Shown: in pieces, positions 1 through 9,592 of the stretch
Layout: every line of letters begins with the position of its first letter
Numbering within the stretch: position 1 is the stretch's first letter
Assembly (NCBI GenBank): GCA_041577295.1
Contig: JBFGJG010000037.1
Span: 1-40,366, forward strand
DNA length: 40,366 bases
Source: Gemmatimonadales bacterium
GTDB lineage: Bacteria > Gemmatimonadota > Gemmatimonadetes > Gemmatimonadales > GWC2-71-9
Direction of reading: 5' to 3'
Made by a program: the position numbers and the translations under genes
Notes under the pieces: generated by a model
Told to the model about the DNA's origin: nothing
Databases searched by the model: none
Seen by the model: only the letters and a program-made list of their open reading frames with translations

Positions 1-213
1 CGAGTAATCGACCCAGATCAACGCCCACCGTTCCACCGCGGCCCGGTTGAGCGGCACGCTGCTCCGCGCCATCATATCTGCCAGCTCGTCCACCGGCAGC
101 TCCTGCGCCGCCGCCGTCGCCACCACCTCGATCTCGGTGGTCATGGCATCGCGGAGATCGCAAGCGGTTAGGACAGAGCAAGTTGCGGTCAGACAGACGA
201 GTGATGCTTTCAA
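1..213 (-). CDS. N-terminal part of a lipoprotein, probably a PrsA/SurA-like peptidylprolyl isomerase (runs off the window edge)
   Basis: Not in the ORF track. Manual translation from TTG at 213 (AAGGAG RBS at 220-225) gives MKASLVCLTATCSVLTAC-DLRDAMTTEIEVVATAAAQELPVDELADMMARSSVPLNRAAVERWALIWVDYS, with lipobox LTAC. The PPIase call rests on the position downstream of mfd and recalled similarity; no catalytic domain is visible. Confidence 0.6.
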   Translation of the reverse strand, partial: MKASLVCLTATCSVLTACDLRDAMTTEIEVVATAAAQELPVDELADMMARSSVPLNRAAVERWALIWVDYS

Positions 214-232
214 GTATGACTCCTTGCTGCCG

Positions 233-3200
233 TTACTCCTCACTGCCATTCACTGCCGCCAACGCCTTCACGAGCCCTGCGCCAATCGCCATCCCGCCGA
301 GGCGCCGAAGCCGGATCGACAGCGGAACCGTTTGGCGCACGTCGGCGGCGAACTGCACTTTGTCGAGCGCCGCCGTGAGGCGCATCAGCCGTGGATGCGC
401 CCCCGTACGGAACTTGAGCCGCGCGTCATCACCGCGGATCACCACCGTCTCGAGCCCGAGCTCCGCACCCAGGGCGCGGAGCTCCGATAGCACGAGCAAT
501 CGATCTGCTGGCTCTGGCAGCGCTCCGAAGCGGTCGCGTAACTCGTCACGCAACGCCGCAATCTCGCCCAGGTCCTGGGCACGCGCCAGACGCCGGTAGA
601 AGTCGAGCTTGGCATCCTCATCCGGTACGTACCCGTCGGGCAGGTGGGCGGATCCCTCGAATAACACGTCCGGCGGTGGAAACGTTGTCACACCCGCATC
701 GCCCTTGAGCGCGCGTACCGTCTCGTCGAGCCACCGCATGTAGAGATCGAAGCCCACAGCGTGCGCGTGTCCAGACTGTTCTCCGCCCAAGATGTTTCCG
801 GCGCCGCGAAGCTCGAGGTCACGCAACGCAATTCGATACCCCGATCCCAACTCGGTGTGGTGCTCCAGCACCTTGAGCCGCTGTTCGGATTCGGGGTCGA
901 TGGTATCGGGAACGAGGAGATAGCAGTACGCGCGGCGATGCCCGCGCCCCACTCGGCCCCGCAACTGATAGAGCTGGGCCAACCCAAAGTTGTGCGCCTG
1001 GTGCACGATCATCGTATTGGCATTCGGAACGTCGAGCCCCGACTCGACGATCATCGTCGAGACGAGAACATCTACCTCACCGCTCACGAAACGCCGCATG
1101 ACCCGATCCAGATCTCGCTCACGCATTTGTCCGTGCGCCACCGCCACCGATGCCCGAGGAGCGATCTTCTCGACCCGCCCTGCGATCGTGTCGATCGTCT
1201 CGATGCGGTTGTGCACAAAGAAAACCTGGCCTGCTCGATCCAGCTCGCGGGCCATCGCTTCCTCCAGCAACTCGTCGTCCCAGGGCTCGATAAACGTGAG
1301 GACGGGTGAGCGATCCCGCGGTGGCGTTTGTATGAGCGTGAGGTCCCGCAACCCCGACAACGCGAGATGCAGGGTTCTGGGGATGGGCGTGGCGGTCAGC
1401 GTCAGCACGTCCACCTCGAGCTTCAGAGCCTTGAGGCGTTCCTTGTGCCGCACGCCAAAGCGATGCTCCTCGTCCACGATGAGCAGTCCTAGCTCGCGGA
1501 AGGTGACGTCGGACGAGAGCAGCCGGTGGGTGCCGATCACAATATCGACTTTTCCTTCCCGGATCCGCCCGATCACGTCTCGTTGCTCAGCTGACGTACG
1601 AAATCGGGAGAGCACGTCCACTTCCACCGGGTAGTCAGCCAAACGCTCGCGAAACGTGCGTCCGTGTTGCTCCGCCAAAATCGTGGTTGGCACGAGCATC
1701 GCCACTTGCTTATTGGCCTGCACGCCCTTGAACGCCGCGCGGACCGCCACCTCCGTCTTGCCGTATCCCACGTCTCCCACAATGAGGCGGTCCATCGGAT
1801 GCGGGCGTTCCATGTCGCGTTTGGTTTCTTCAGTAGCGGTACGCTGATCCGGTGTATCCTCATAGAGAAAGGACGACTCGAGCTCTCGCTGCCACCGCGT
1901 GTCAGGCGGGTACGCAAAGCCGTGAGCGAGGGACCGACGCGCGTAAAGCTCGAGTAATTCCGCCGCCAATTTCCTGATCGCCGCTTCGGTACGTTCACGC
2001 CGCCGCTTCCATCGGGTGCCGCCAAGCCGATCGAGCCGCGGCACGACGTCGTCCTCGTCGGTCGCAACGCGAAATGGCTCCACCTGATCGAGCCGGTACA
2101 GGGGCACATTCAGCCGGTCGCCACCTTCGTACTCCAGTACGGCCACTTCCATCGTGGCGCTCTCACCGATCGTAATGGTCTGAATGCCCCGGTAGATCCC
2201 GATCCCGTGCTCCAAATGCACGACGAAGTCCCCTGGGGTGAGCGACCCGGCGGGTGTGAGTGCCTGCCGATACCGTCTCGGGCGCCGGATGCGCCGTGCC
2301 CGTCGAAAGATCTCATGATCGGTGAGCACGCTGAGACCGTCCATGACGAACCCGCCACCCAACGACCCCAACGCCAACGTGACGTGCGGGTGGACCGTCG
2401 AACGACGCCCAGCCGCCTCCTCCAACAACTCGTCCAAACGCTCGAGCTGTCCCTCGTTGTCGCACAGCACGAGCGTGGGTCCCGATTCGATGACGCGGAT
2501 GAGCCGGCGGATGTCCCGATCGACGGGTGGAGCGGCGGACAACCGCAGGTCGTATTCGGGAGCATCGGAAGCCAACTGCACGCGCCCAAAGCTCTCCCAC
2601 CGCCGTGCCCATTGTGTTGGCTCGAGAAACAACGCCTCGCGGCCGGGGACATCTTCCCCCCGGCGTTCGGCGACCTCGAGAAGGTGCGGCGCATCGGACC
2701 ACACCCGGTCGACTGCTTGGCGCCCCACGTCCGTGTCGATGACCAGCACGCTGTCGGCCGGTAACAGGTCGAGGATGGAGCGGCGCGCGCCAAAGTCGGA
2801 CGGACGGACAGACGGATCGTCCTCGTTGGTATCCTGCTCGGCCAGGCGAACAGGTAAGATGGTGACGCTGTCGATCTCGCCCTCGGAGCGCTGCGAGTCG
2901 AGATCGAAGTGACGGATCGAGACCGGCTCATCACCCCACCACTCAATGCGAGTCGGCGCCGCCATGCCAAAACCGTACACGTCGATGATCCCACCCCGAA
3001 CGGCAAACTGGGCGACGTCGAGCACCGACGGACGCCGTTCATATCCCATGCCCTGCAGTCGATCGACCACCTCCGCGAGACGGCTTGCCGCGCCCACGTC
3101 AACGTCGAGACGCGCGCCGGCAACGGCTTCATGCATGCGAGTGAGCTCCGCGGTAGCGCGGACGGTGGTTATCAGGATCCGCACGCGGCCGGCCAAGGTC

Positions 3201-3523
3201 GCCGCGATCGTTTCGACGCGTTCTCCCGCAATCTCTAGATGGGGCTCCTCCTCACCCAGCGCTTCGCGTTGGGGATAAAGTCGCGCGGGCTCACCAACCA
3301 GGACATCGAGGTCGGCGAGCCATCGTTCGGCGTCTGTGGGCGTCGCGGTCACGACGACGAATAGCCGCTGTGGAAGGTCGGCGGCGAGAGCGGCCAGCAT
3401 GACGGCCGCGCTGGATCCTGGCAAGACCGGGAGGTTCTGCACGGTGCCGCGCGGCGGGAGCGCATCGCGCACCGCCCGGAAGCCGGGAAGCCCGGCGAAC
3501 GCCTCAATCAGCCGCGGGAGCAT
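233..3523 (-). CDS. mfd: Transcription-repair coupling factor Mfd
   Basis: UvrB-homology N-terminus (FAVRGGIIDVY), RID domain (GDFVVHLEHGIG), helicase motifs GDVGYGKT, DEEHRFG, TATPIPRT, QLRGRVGR, and a C-terminal TRCF domain. Confidence 0.97.
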   Translation of the reverse strand: MLPRLIEAFAGLPGFRAVRDALPPRGTVQNLPVLPGSSAAVMLAALAADLPQRLFVVVTATPTDAERWLADLDVLVGEPARLYPQREALGEEEPHLEIAGERVETIAATLAGRVRILITTVRATAELTRMHEAVAGARLDVDVGAASRLAEVVDRLQGMGYERRPSVLDVAQFAVRGGIIDVYGFGMAAPTRIEWWGDEPVSIRHFDLDSQRSEGEIDSVTILPVRLAEQDTNEDDPSVRPSDFGARRSILDLLPADSVLVIDTDVGRQAVDRVWSDAPHLLEVAERRGEDVPGREALFLEPTQWARRWESFGRVQLASDAPEYDLRLSAAPPVDRDIRRLIRVIESGPTLVLCDNEGQLERLDELLEEAAGRRSTVHPHVTLALGSLGGGFVMDGLSVLTDHEIFRRARRIRRPRRYRQALTPAGSLTPGDFVVHLEHGIGIYRGIQTITIGESATMEVAVLEYEGGDRLNVPLYRLDQVEPFRVATDEDDVVPRLDRLGGTRWKRRRERTEAAIRKLAAELLELYARRSLAHGFAYPPDTRWQRELESSFLYEDTPDQRTATEETKRDMERPHPMDRLIVGDVGYGKTEVAVRAAFKGVQANKQVAMLVPTTILAEQHGRTFRERLADYPVEVDVLSRFRTSAEQRDVIGRIREGKVDIVIGTHRLLSSDVTFRELGLLIVDEEHRFGVRHKERLKALKLEVDVLTLTATPIPRTLHLALSGLRDLTLIQTPPRDRSPVLTFIEPWDDELLEEAMARELDRAGQVFFVHNRIETIDTIAGRVEKIAPRASVAVAHGQMRERDLDRVMRRFVSGEVDVLVSTMIVESGLDVPNANTMIVHQAHNFGLAQLYQLRGRVGRGHRRAYCYLLVPDTIDPESEQRLKVLEHHTELGSGYRIALRDLELRGAGNILGGEQSGHAHAVGFDLYMRWLDETVRALKGDAGVTTFPPPDVLFEGSAHLPDGYVPDEDAKLDFYRRLARAQDLGEIAALRDELRDRFGALPEPADRLLVLSELRALGAELGLETVVIRGDDARLKFRTGAHPRLMRLTAALDKVQFAADVRQTVPLSIRLRRLGGMAIGAGLVKALAAVNGSEE

Positions 3524-5321
3524 CCTCTACCTCACGACGACCACTGCCGGCGCTGCTCACGGCGAGCTCAGCCAGTGCGGCGAGGATTGCCGCCGCAATG
3601 AGCACTCCGGTGAGCTCGGCACGCCGCGTACCCCGAAACAGCGCGCGATCGAACTCGTCGGATCGTACTATTCGACTGTCGTTGCCAAAGGCCGCGCGGA
3701 TGGCGGTGCCTGAGGAGACTTCGAGGCGAGACTCCTGGGGATCGTGATTGATCTCGAGCGCACCCACCGTGTCTCCAGAGGTTCCTTGAAGGAAGTACAC
3801 ACCCGGCTCGAGCGGCGCCGTGATGCGTCGGTCACTCGGGACCGTGATCGCGCCTCGCGGCGTGAGCACCGCCGCGGCCGTTGGCGGCACCTCCACAACC
3901 GCGCCCGGGGTCCCCCCGGCAATCCAACCCTGCCGAGCCGCGAGGCGATTGACCAGCAGATCCACGAACGGGACGAACGCCGCTCCAACCGGTAGTGCCG
4001 TCCAGGCTTCGTCCATACGACTGGCCACGATGACCACGCCATCGGTCTGCACGAGCCACGGGTCGCCGCCAGCCGTTGCAACCGCGGTTCCGGTGCCACG
4101 CAAACGATAGCGGCGATAGACCGACGCACCAGCGGCGAGACCTACATCACCCGCGATCTGCCACTCACCCTCGAGCAGGTCAGCGAACTGCCACTCCACA
4201 CCGCGGGCCACGAGCGCTCGGTTCACGGATCCGACGAGCGACGGATCCGCGGGTGGGAGAACGATTGTTGTCGAATCCGTCAGATTGTCGCTCAGGACGA
4301 CGGACGTTCCCCGACGCACACGTCCGCCCGCCTCGAGGACCCCAATCGCCTCGCGCACGAACAGGCCCGCCCCATCCCGGCTTTCGACAGGAGCCGGCGG
4401 TGCAACCTGGATAGCGATCCAGCGACGGTCGTCGGCGCGCAGCTCGTCGGGGTCGAGCTCGATCGCGCCGCGCAACCAACCCCGTCCCGGCGCATTCGCC
4501 TGCAACACCACGCGATCGCCCGGCGCGGCCACCGCCCGTGCCAGCTCCCGGCCACCAACCGTCAAAAGGACCGCAGCCGCTTCGGACGCCGACCCGCCCA
4601 CCGCAGCGACGACCGTGCCGGATGGAGACCAGCGGCGCGGCACGGCGACGGCCGAGTCCACGCCACGATTCACGGGAGGATCGGGCGGATCCCAAACGAC
4701 GACGCGCACCTCCGGATCTGCACCCGACGACAGCGCGGATTCCTGGAGGTCACTGAACACCAGAACTTCTTTGCCGGGCAGGTCCGTGTCGGCTATAACC
4801 CGAGCGGCGGCACGTACCGCGAGCCCGAGATCGAGGCGCATAGGCCAGACGCGCATACTATCGAGCGCTGCACCCAGCTCGGCTCGGCTCACGCGCCGCG
4901 GGATGCCATCGCCAACGACGAGCCAGAGCCGATCCTGCGCAGTCGTGCGTGCGAGCGCGCTGCGGGCATGCGTCACCAACTCATCCAACATTCGACGCCC
5001 ACCCACCACCGCTCCCGACGACAGCGAGTTGTCAATCACGAAGGCGACCGCGGTTGGCGGATGCGAGGACCCCCCTGCGATGCGCGCCACAGGTCGCGCT
5101 GCTCCCAAGACCACGAACACGATCACAAGCGTACGGAGGATGAGCAGCAGCAGGTTGCGGAGCTTGATGCGACGACTATGCTCCCGCTCGGTCGCGGTGA
5201 GATACCGCACGGCGGGGAAGACCACCGTGGGCGGTTGTCGGCGCCCAATGAGGTGCAACAACGTTGGAATCGCCGCACCCGCGAGACCCAACAGCACCAA
5301 CGGCTCGAGAAACGAGATCAC
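3504..5321 (-). CDS. BatA-domain / vWA membrane protein
   Basis: N-terminal BatA double-TM motif (PTLLHLI...FPAVRYL...LLLILRTL...ARP), MIDAS-like DNSLSS, C-terminal TM. Follows DUF58, as in MoxR-associated operons. Confidence 0.8.
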   Translation of the reverse strand: MISFLEPLVLLGLAGAAIPTLLHLIGRRQPPTVVFPAVRYLTATEREHSRRIKLRNLLLLILRTLVIVFVVLGAARPVARIAGGSSHPPTAVAFVIDNSLSSGAVVGGRRMLDELVTHARSALARTTAQDRLWLVVGDGIPRRVSRAELGAALDSMRVWPMRLDLGLAVRAAARVIADTDLPGKEVLVFSDLQESALSSGADPEVRVVVWDPPDPPVNRGVDSAVAVPRRWSPSGTVVAAVGGSASEAAAVLLTVGGRELARAVAAPGDRVVLQANAPGRGWLRGAIELDPDELRADDRRWIAIQVAPPAPVESRDGAGLFVREAIGVLEAGGRVRRGTSVVLSDNLTDSTTIVLPPADPSLVGSVNRALVARGVEWQFADLLEGEWQIAGDVGLAAGASVYRRYRLRGTGTAVATAGGDPWLVQTDGVVIVASRMDEAWTALPVGAAFVPFVDLLVNRLAARQGWIAGGTPGAVVEVPPTAAAVLTPRGAITVPSDRRITAPLEPGVYFLQGTSGDTVGALEINHDPQESRLEVSSGTAIRAAFGNDSRIVRSDEFDRALFRGTRRAELTGVLIAAAILAALAELAVSSAGSGRREVEDAPAAD

Positions 5322-6217
5322 CCGAGCTGTGGTCGCTTCGCCGTGGCGCGCCGCAACACGAATCCAAACGGCGTATCAGTCAACACGTGGTGATAATTGA
5401 TCCCGCCGCCGCGACACGCAGCACGCCATTCGGCAATCATCCGGCTCACGGTGCGCTGATACACCGCCCGTAGCTCGCGCGGCCGTGCGATCAGACTGCT
5501 CCCGGTTTCTGGATCCTCGAAGCGTGCCTCCGGTGGCCCTTCCAACACGAGCTCACCCGGGTCCATCAGGTGAAACACCACCACCTGATGTCCTCGATGC
5601 CTGAGATACTGCAACATGCGCAACGCGAGATCGCGATCGAACAACAGATCCGACACGAAAATGACCAGTCCTCGCCGACGGAGCAGATCCGTCACCCTCC
5701 GCAGCGCCGCTTCGGCCGCCGTCCCCTTCCCCACCTCCAGCTCGAGAATGGCCGTGAGCAGCGTCCACCAGTGCCGCGGGCGCGCCCGAGCGCGGACGAT
5801 CTTGCGCACTTGGTCGTCGAACGCGATCAACCCCGTGGCATCGCGCTGACGGAGCAACACGAGCGAGAGCGCGGCCACCAACCGCTTCGCGTACTCCAAC
5901 TTGGTGAGGCGCCGCTCGCCACCCGACCAATCCATCGACCGGCTGACATCAAGAACGATCATGGACCGGAGGTTGGTCTCCTCTTCGTACTGCTTCACGA
6001 AGAGCCGATCCGACCGCGCGAGCATGCGCCAGTCGAGATACCGGAGCTCGTCGCCCGGCTGATACGGTCGATGCTCGGCGAACTCGACGGAGAACCCGCG
6101 AAAGGGAGACCGGTGAAGCCCCGCCAAGAACCCCTCGACAACCCCCTGAGCTACGAGCTCGATCCCACCCAACTGGGCCACGTCAAATGGGTCGAGCAGA
6201 TCCGCACGTTGAGGCAT
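5318..6217 (-). CDS. DUF58 family protein (MoxR-associated, vWA-like)
   Basis: GLHRSPFRGFSVEFAEHRPYQPGDELRYLDWR, YEEETN, DVSRSM. Start moved to ATG 6217 (MPQRADLL), which has a TATTTT box 6 nt upstream. Confidence 0.9.
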   Translation of the reverse strand: MPQRADLLDPFDVAQLGGIELVAQGVVEGFLAGLHRSPFRGFSVEFAEHRPYQPGDELRYLDWRMLARSDRLFVKQYEEETNLRSMIVLDVSRSMDWSGGERRLTKLEYAKRLVAALSLVLLRQRDATGLIAFDDQVRKIVRARARPRHWWTLLTAILELEVGKGTAAEAALRRVTDLLRRRGLVIFVSDLLFDRDLALRMLQYLRHRGHQVVVFHLMDPGELVLEGPPEARFEDPETGSSLIARPRELRAVYQRTVSRMIAEWRAACRGGGINYHHVLTDTPFGFVLRRATAKRPQLG

Positions 6218-6228
6218 GGATGGAAAAT

Positions 6229-6334
6229 AGGCGGGATTGGCGGGATGGGTGCGGGAGGCGGACCAGAGGTCCATATAGCGAATGCGCCCCCTCCCCGGCC
6301 CCGCCAATTCCGCTAATCCCGCCCATCCCGCGCC
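6229..6334. repeat. Inverted arrays of a ~9-bp GGCGGGATT-like unit
   Basis: ggcgggattggcgggatgggtgcggga (6230-6256) faces ccccgccaattccgctaatcccgcccatcccgc (6299-6331) in the divergent intergenic region. Confidence 0.6.
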
Positions 6335-6379
6335 GAACTGTCCTCTCCAGAGGACGAAACGCAATACCGCGAAACATTC

Positions 6380-6404
6380 TAAGTCCTTGATTGTTAACAA
6401 CTTA
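6380..6404. promoter_or_regulatory. IHF-like binding site within an imperfect palindrome TAAG-N17-CTTA
   Basis: taagtccttgattgttaacaactta. The reverse complement of 6380-6392 is AATCAAGGACTTA, a perfect WATCAANNNNTTR match. Confidence 0.55.
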
Positions 6405-6409
6405 TCAAT

Positions 6410-6425
6410 TGGCATGCCCGATGCT
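6410..6425 (+). promoter_or_regulatory. Sigma54 (-24/-12) promoter
   Basis: TGGCATGCCCGATGCT has GG-N10-GC spacing close to TGGCAC-N5-TTGC. It lies 5 nt from the IHF-like site and about 40 nt upstream of the GAGGAG RBS and ATG 6467. Confidence 0.65.
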
Positions 6426-6466
6426 CTTAGGTCGTTGGGAGAGCAGCATCGTAAGAGGAGTGAGCC

Positions 6467-7837
6467 ATGATCAATACGCTTCTGTTTGCAACTTTGGCGC
6501 TGGGGCTAGGCGGTTTACATGCCGAGGGCACGGGCCCACGGCTCCACGCGCGCTACGCTCCGTACGTGCAGGTCTGGCTCAACAACGACGGGTACTACCA
6601 CCGCGGCGACCGGGTGCGGGTGTCCTTCGAGACCGACGAGGACGCGTACGTGACGATCTTTCGCGTCGACACCGACGGCCGTGTGCGAGTGCTATTTCCG
6701 CACAATCCCTGGCACGACAACTACGTCCGTGGTCGACGCCGCTACGACGTGATCGAGCCCTACGGGAATCACGGCAAGCGCTCGTTTGTTGTCGATGAGT
6801 ACCCCGGGCAGGGATACGTCTTCGCGATCGCCAGCCTCGACCCGTTTGATTACTCGGCGTTCACACGGAGAGATCACTGGGATCATCGCGCCATTGCCTA
6901 CGATGGCCGGGTAACGGGTGATCCCTACGTCGCGTTCGACGACATCGTGGACCGGATTCTCCCTTACGGTTATGAGGACTACACGTACGACATTTCGCCG
7001 TATTACGTGGAGCGCCGGTACGCGTACCCTCGGTTTCTGTGTTACGACTGCCACGCCTACGTCGGGTACACCCACTGGAACCCATATCGATACTCGTGTG
7101 TCCAGTTCCGATTGGTCATCTATGACGATCCGTACTATTACCCGGCGCGGATCTATGCGGGCACGCGCGTCGTCTACAAGCGACCGGTCCGGTACGAGCC
7201 GCGCTACGTGTTCAAGGACCGGGTGGCGTCTCGCCCGTTCGTCGAGCACGAGCGGAGACGTCCGGCGACGTCACAGCCCGGACGCCGTACAGTCGATCGC
7301 GGCGCCACGAGCCGTGACGTGGGTGGCGTGGGTCGGCTGCCGGCCCCGGTGACACGGGCACCGGACCGCGCGAGTGACGAGGGCGATCGTTTTGAGCGAC
7401 GGCGGGTTGCACCGGAGAACTCGCGCGTGGAACGAACGCCAGACGTGGAGCATCGCCGGCCGGTGAGCCCGGAGGTGCGGCGACGCACCGAAGAGCGCCG
7501 GGACTCCACTCGCCCCCAACTCGAGCGTCGCGAGCCCACGCGTCGATCCGAGCCGAGCCCCCCGCGGGATCCCGAGGTACGCGACAAACGGGATGAGCGC
7601 GTCCCGTCCGCCCGGTCAGCGCCGGAGCGACGCGAAGCGCCGTCGGCGCGTTCCAGAGCAGAGAACCGTCCAACCGAGCGCCCGCAAGTGCAGCAAGCAC
7701 CGAAACGCAAGAAGCCGTCGAGTAAGCAGGTTCGCCAGGGCAAGCGCCCCGAACGACGCGCGGCACCGGCACGGCAGGCGCAACCGGAACGAAAACCTCG
7801 GAAGAAGCCGAAGAAGAGGAAGAAGGATTCCTCTTAG
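6467..7837 (+). CDS. Secreted DUF4384-like protein with Tyr-rich middle and Arg/Pro/Lys-rich disordered tail
   Basis: Signal peptide; VQVW...YHRGDRVRVSFETDEDAYVTIFRVDTDGRVRVLFP resembles DUF4384; CYDCH motif; low-complexity basic C-terminus; GAGGAG RBS. Confidence 0.75.
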   Translation: MINTLLFATLALGLGGLHAEGTGPRLHARYAPYVQVWLNNDGYYHRGDRVRVSFETDEDAYVTIFRVDTDGRVRVLFPHNPWHDNYVRGRRRYDVIEPYGNHGKRSFVVDEYPGQGYVFAIASLDPFDYSAFTRRDHWDHRAIAYDGRVTGDPYVAFDDIVDRILPYGYEDYTYDISPYYVERRYAYPRFLCYDCHAYVGYTHWNPYRYSCVQFRLVIYDDPYYYPARIYAGTRVVYKRPVRYEPRYVFKDRVASRPFVEHERRRPATSQPGRRTVDRGATSRDVGGVGRLPAPVTRAPDRASDEGDRFERRRVAPENSRVERTPDVEHRRPVSPEVRRRTEERRDSTRPQLERREPTRRSEPSPPRDPEVRDKRDERVPSARSAPERREAPSARSRAENRPTERPQVQQAPKRKKPSSKQVRQGKRPERRAAPARQAQPERKPRKKPKKRKKDSS

Positions 7838-7849
7838 CTGGTGGGGAAT

Positions 7850-7880
7850 AGGGAGTGGAGCGTGGTTTTCCACTCCCTTT
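7850..7880 (+). terminator. Hairpin, probable intrinsic terminator
   Basis: agggagtgga (7850-7859) pairs with tccactccct (7869-7878), followed by a short T run, just after the stop at 7837. Confidence 0.5.
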
Positions 7881-7979
7881 CGGCCTCTCCTCCCTCTCCC
7901 ATTAAATTCACCCTGCGGTGAGAAGGACATGGCGTTGGGCGCGATCCGCCCATTCCGCCACCATCGATTAGGAGCTCAC

Positions 7980-9509
7980 ATGATGCGTTGGTACACGTGG
8001 TTAGCAGCACTGTCGGTCGTTCCGGCACTTGGCGTCGCGCAACAGTCCGCACCTGCCGGGCTTGCAACGTCCGTCCGCGAGGCTGCGCGCACGATTACGG
8101 CCGCAGATATCGCACATCGCATTGGCGTCATTGCCCACGACTCCATGCGCGGCCGCGAGACGCCGAGCCCCGAGCTCGAGGAGGTGGCGCGTTACATCGC
8201 GAACGAGTTCCAGGTGTTCGGGTTGCACCCGGGCGGCGAACAGGGAAGCTACCTGCAGCGTTATCCGCTCCAGCGTGTCCAGCTCGATCTCGCGGCATCC
8301 GCAGTGCGGGTTCAGGACGGCCCGACGCTTCGGGTTGGAACCGACGTGGTGCGCCACATCGGGCTGACGCCTGAAGGTGGTGTGACTGGTCCGGCCGTTG
8401 CGGTGTTTGGACGGCCGGGGAGCGTCGAAGCGATGGCCGACCTCGGCTTGCGCGGGACCGTCGTCCTCCTGGTCACGCCGCTCGATCAGGCAACCAATCT
8501 CCTCGTATCCGGTGCGATCGCTCAGCAACCCGCCGCTATCGTGCTCGTCACGCCGCGCCCTGACTCGCGGTGGCAGCGGCTCTTGGCGGCGCAGGATCGT
8601 GAACGACAGGCCAAAGGGTGGGAACGAACGACCTCCGATGCTTCGGTCATCGAAATCCGGGACTCAACCATCGCACCAATCTTGGGCGCAACGGGGCTCG
8701 ACCTCTGGGCCGTGCAGAAGCGCAGCTCGGAGCCCGTGTCGGCGGTGCCCCTACCGGATCTGCGTCTCACACTCACGCTACGCGATCGAGTAGTCAGCGA
8801 GATCACGGCACCCAACGTCGTGGGAATCCTCGAGGGAAGCGATCCCCGTCTCAAGAACGAGTACATCGTCTATAGCGCCCACATGGATCACGTGGGGGTT
8901 GGCCGGCCTGTTGGGGGCGACAGCATCTACAATGGGGCAGACGACGATGCTTCCGGGACAGCGGCGATCATCGAGCTGGCAGAGGCCTTTAGCCAGCTCG
9001 ATATCCGTCCCAAACGCTCGATCATCTTTCTCACGGTGAGCGGCGAGGAGAAAGGCCTGTGGGGAAGCGACTACTTCACCGCCCGCCCGCCGGTTCCAAT
9101 CGAACAGATGGTGGCCAACATCAATGCAGACATGATCGGCCGGAATTGGCGGGATACGATCGTCGTGATTGGAAAAGAGCACTCGGATTTGGGAACGACC
9201 CTCGAGCGGGTGAGCACCGCCCATCGCGAGTTGAACATGACGGCGATCGACGATCCCTGGCCACAGGAAAACTTCTATCGACGCTCCGATCACTTCAATT
9301 TTGCGCGCAAGGGCGTCCCGGTTTTGTTCTTCTTTAGCGGCACGCATGAGGACTACCATCGCCCGAGTGACGAATTGGCCAAGATCGACACCGAGAAAGA
9401 GTCGCGCATCGTTCAGCTGCTGTTCTACCTCGGCGTTGAGATTGCGAACGCCGCCAACCGCCCACAGTGGAATCCGGAGAGCTATCGGCAGATAGTCGAA
9501 TCGCGGTAA
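7980..9509 (+). CDS. Secreted M28 family zinc peptidase with PA-like insert
   Basis: Signal peptide after an AGGAG RBS (start moved to ATG 7980); motifs [38 protein letters not shown]. Confidence 0.9.
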   Translation: MMRWYTWLAALSVVPALGVAQQSAPAGLATSVREAARTITAADIAHRIGVIAHDSMRGRETPSPELEEVARYIANEFQVFGLHPGGEQGSYLQRYPLQRVQLDLAASAVRVQDGPTLRVGTDVVRHIGLTPEGGVTGPAVAVFGRPGSVEAMADLGLRGTVVLLVTPLDQATNLLVSGAIAQQPAAIVLVTPRPDSRWQRLLAAQDRERQAKGWERTTSDASVIEIRDSTIAPILGATGLDLWAVQKRSSEPVSAVPLPDLRLTLTLRDRVVSEITAPNVVGILEGSDPRLKNEYIVYSAHMDHVGVGRPVGGDSIYNGADDDASGTAAIIELAEAFSQLDIRPKRSIIFLTVSGEEKGLWGSDYFTARPPVPIEQMVANINADMIGRNWRDTIVVIGKEHSDLGTTLERVSTAHRELNMTAIDDPWPQENFYRRSDHFNFARKGVPVLFFFSGTHEDYHRPSDELAKIDTEKESRIVQLLFYLGVEIANAANRPQWNPESYRQIVESR

Positions 9510-9546
9510 TAGGCGGTGTGGAGTGGGGAACGGCTTTTCCAGCCTC

Positions 9547-9574
9547 CTCCCCCCTCCCTACTCCCTACTCCCCC
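9547..9574. repeat. Heptamer tandem repeat (CTCCCTA-like)
   Basis: ctccccc-ctcccta-ctcccta-ctccccc upstream of lepA. Confidence 0.55.
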
Positions 9575-9592
9575 CGGGGTATATTGTGCCCC

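Noticed and set aside
6218..6415. N-terminal extension of the DUF58 ORF in the track
   Set aside because: It runs through repeat and promoter DNA; family similarity starts at Met 6217.
7593..7979. Long N-terminal extension of the M28 ORF
   Set aside because: It overlaps the upstream gene and a hairpin; the RBS and signal peptide point to ATG 7980.
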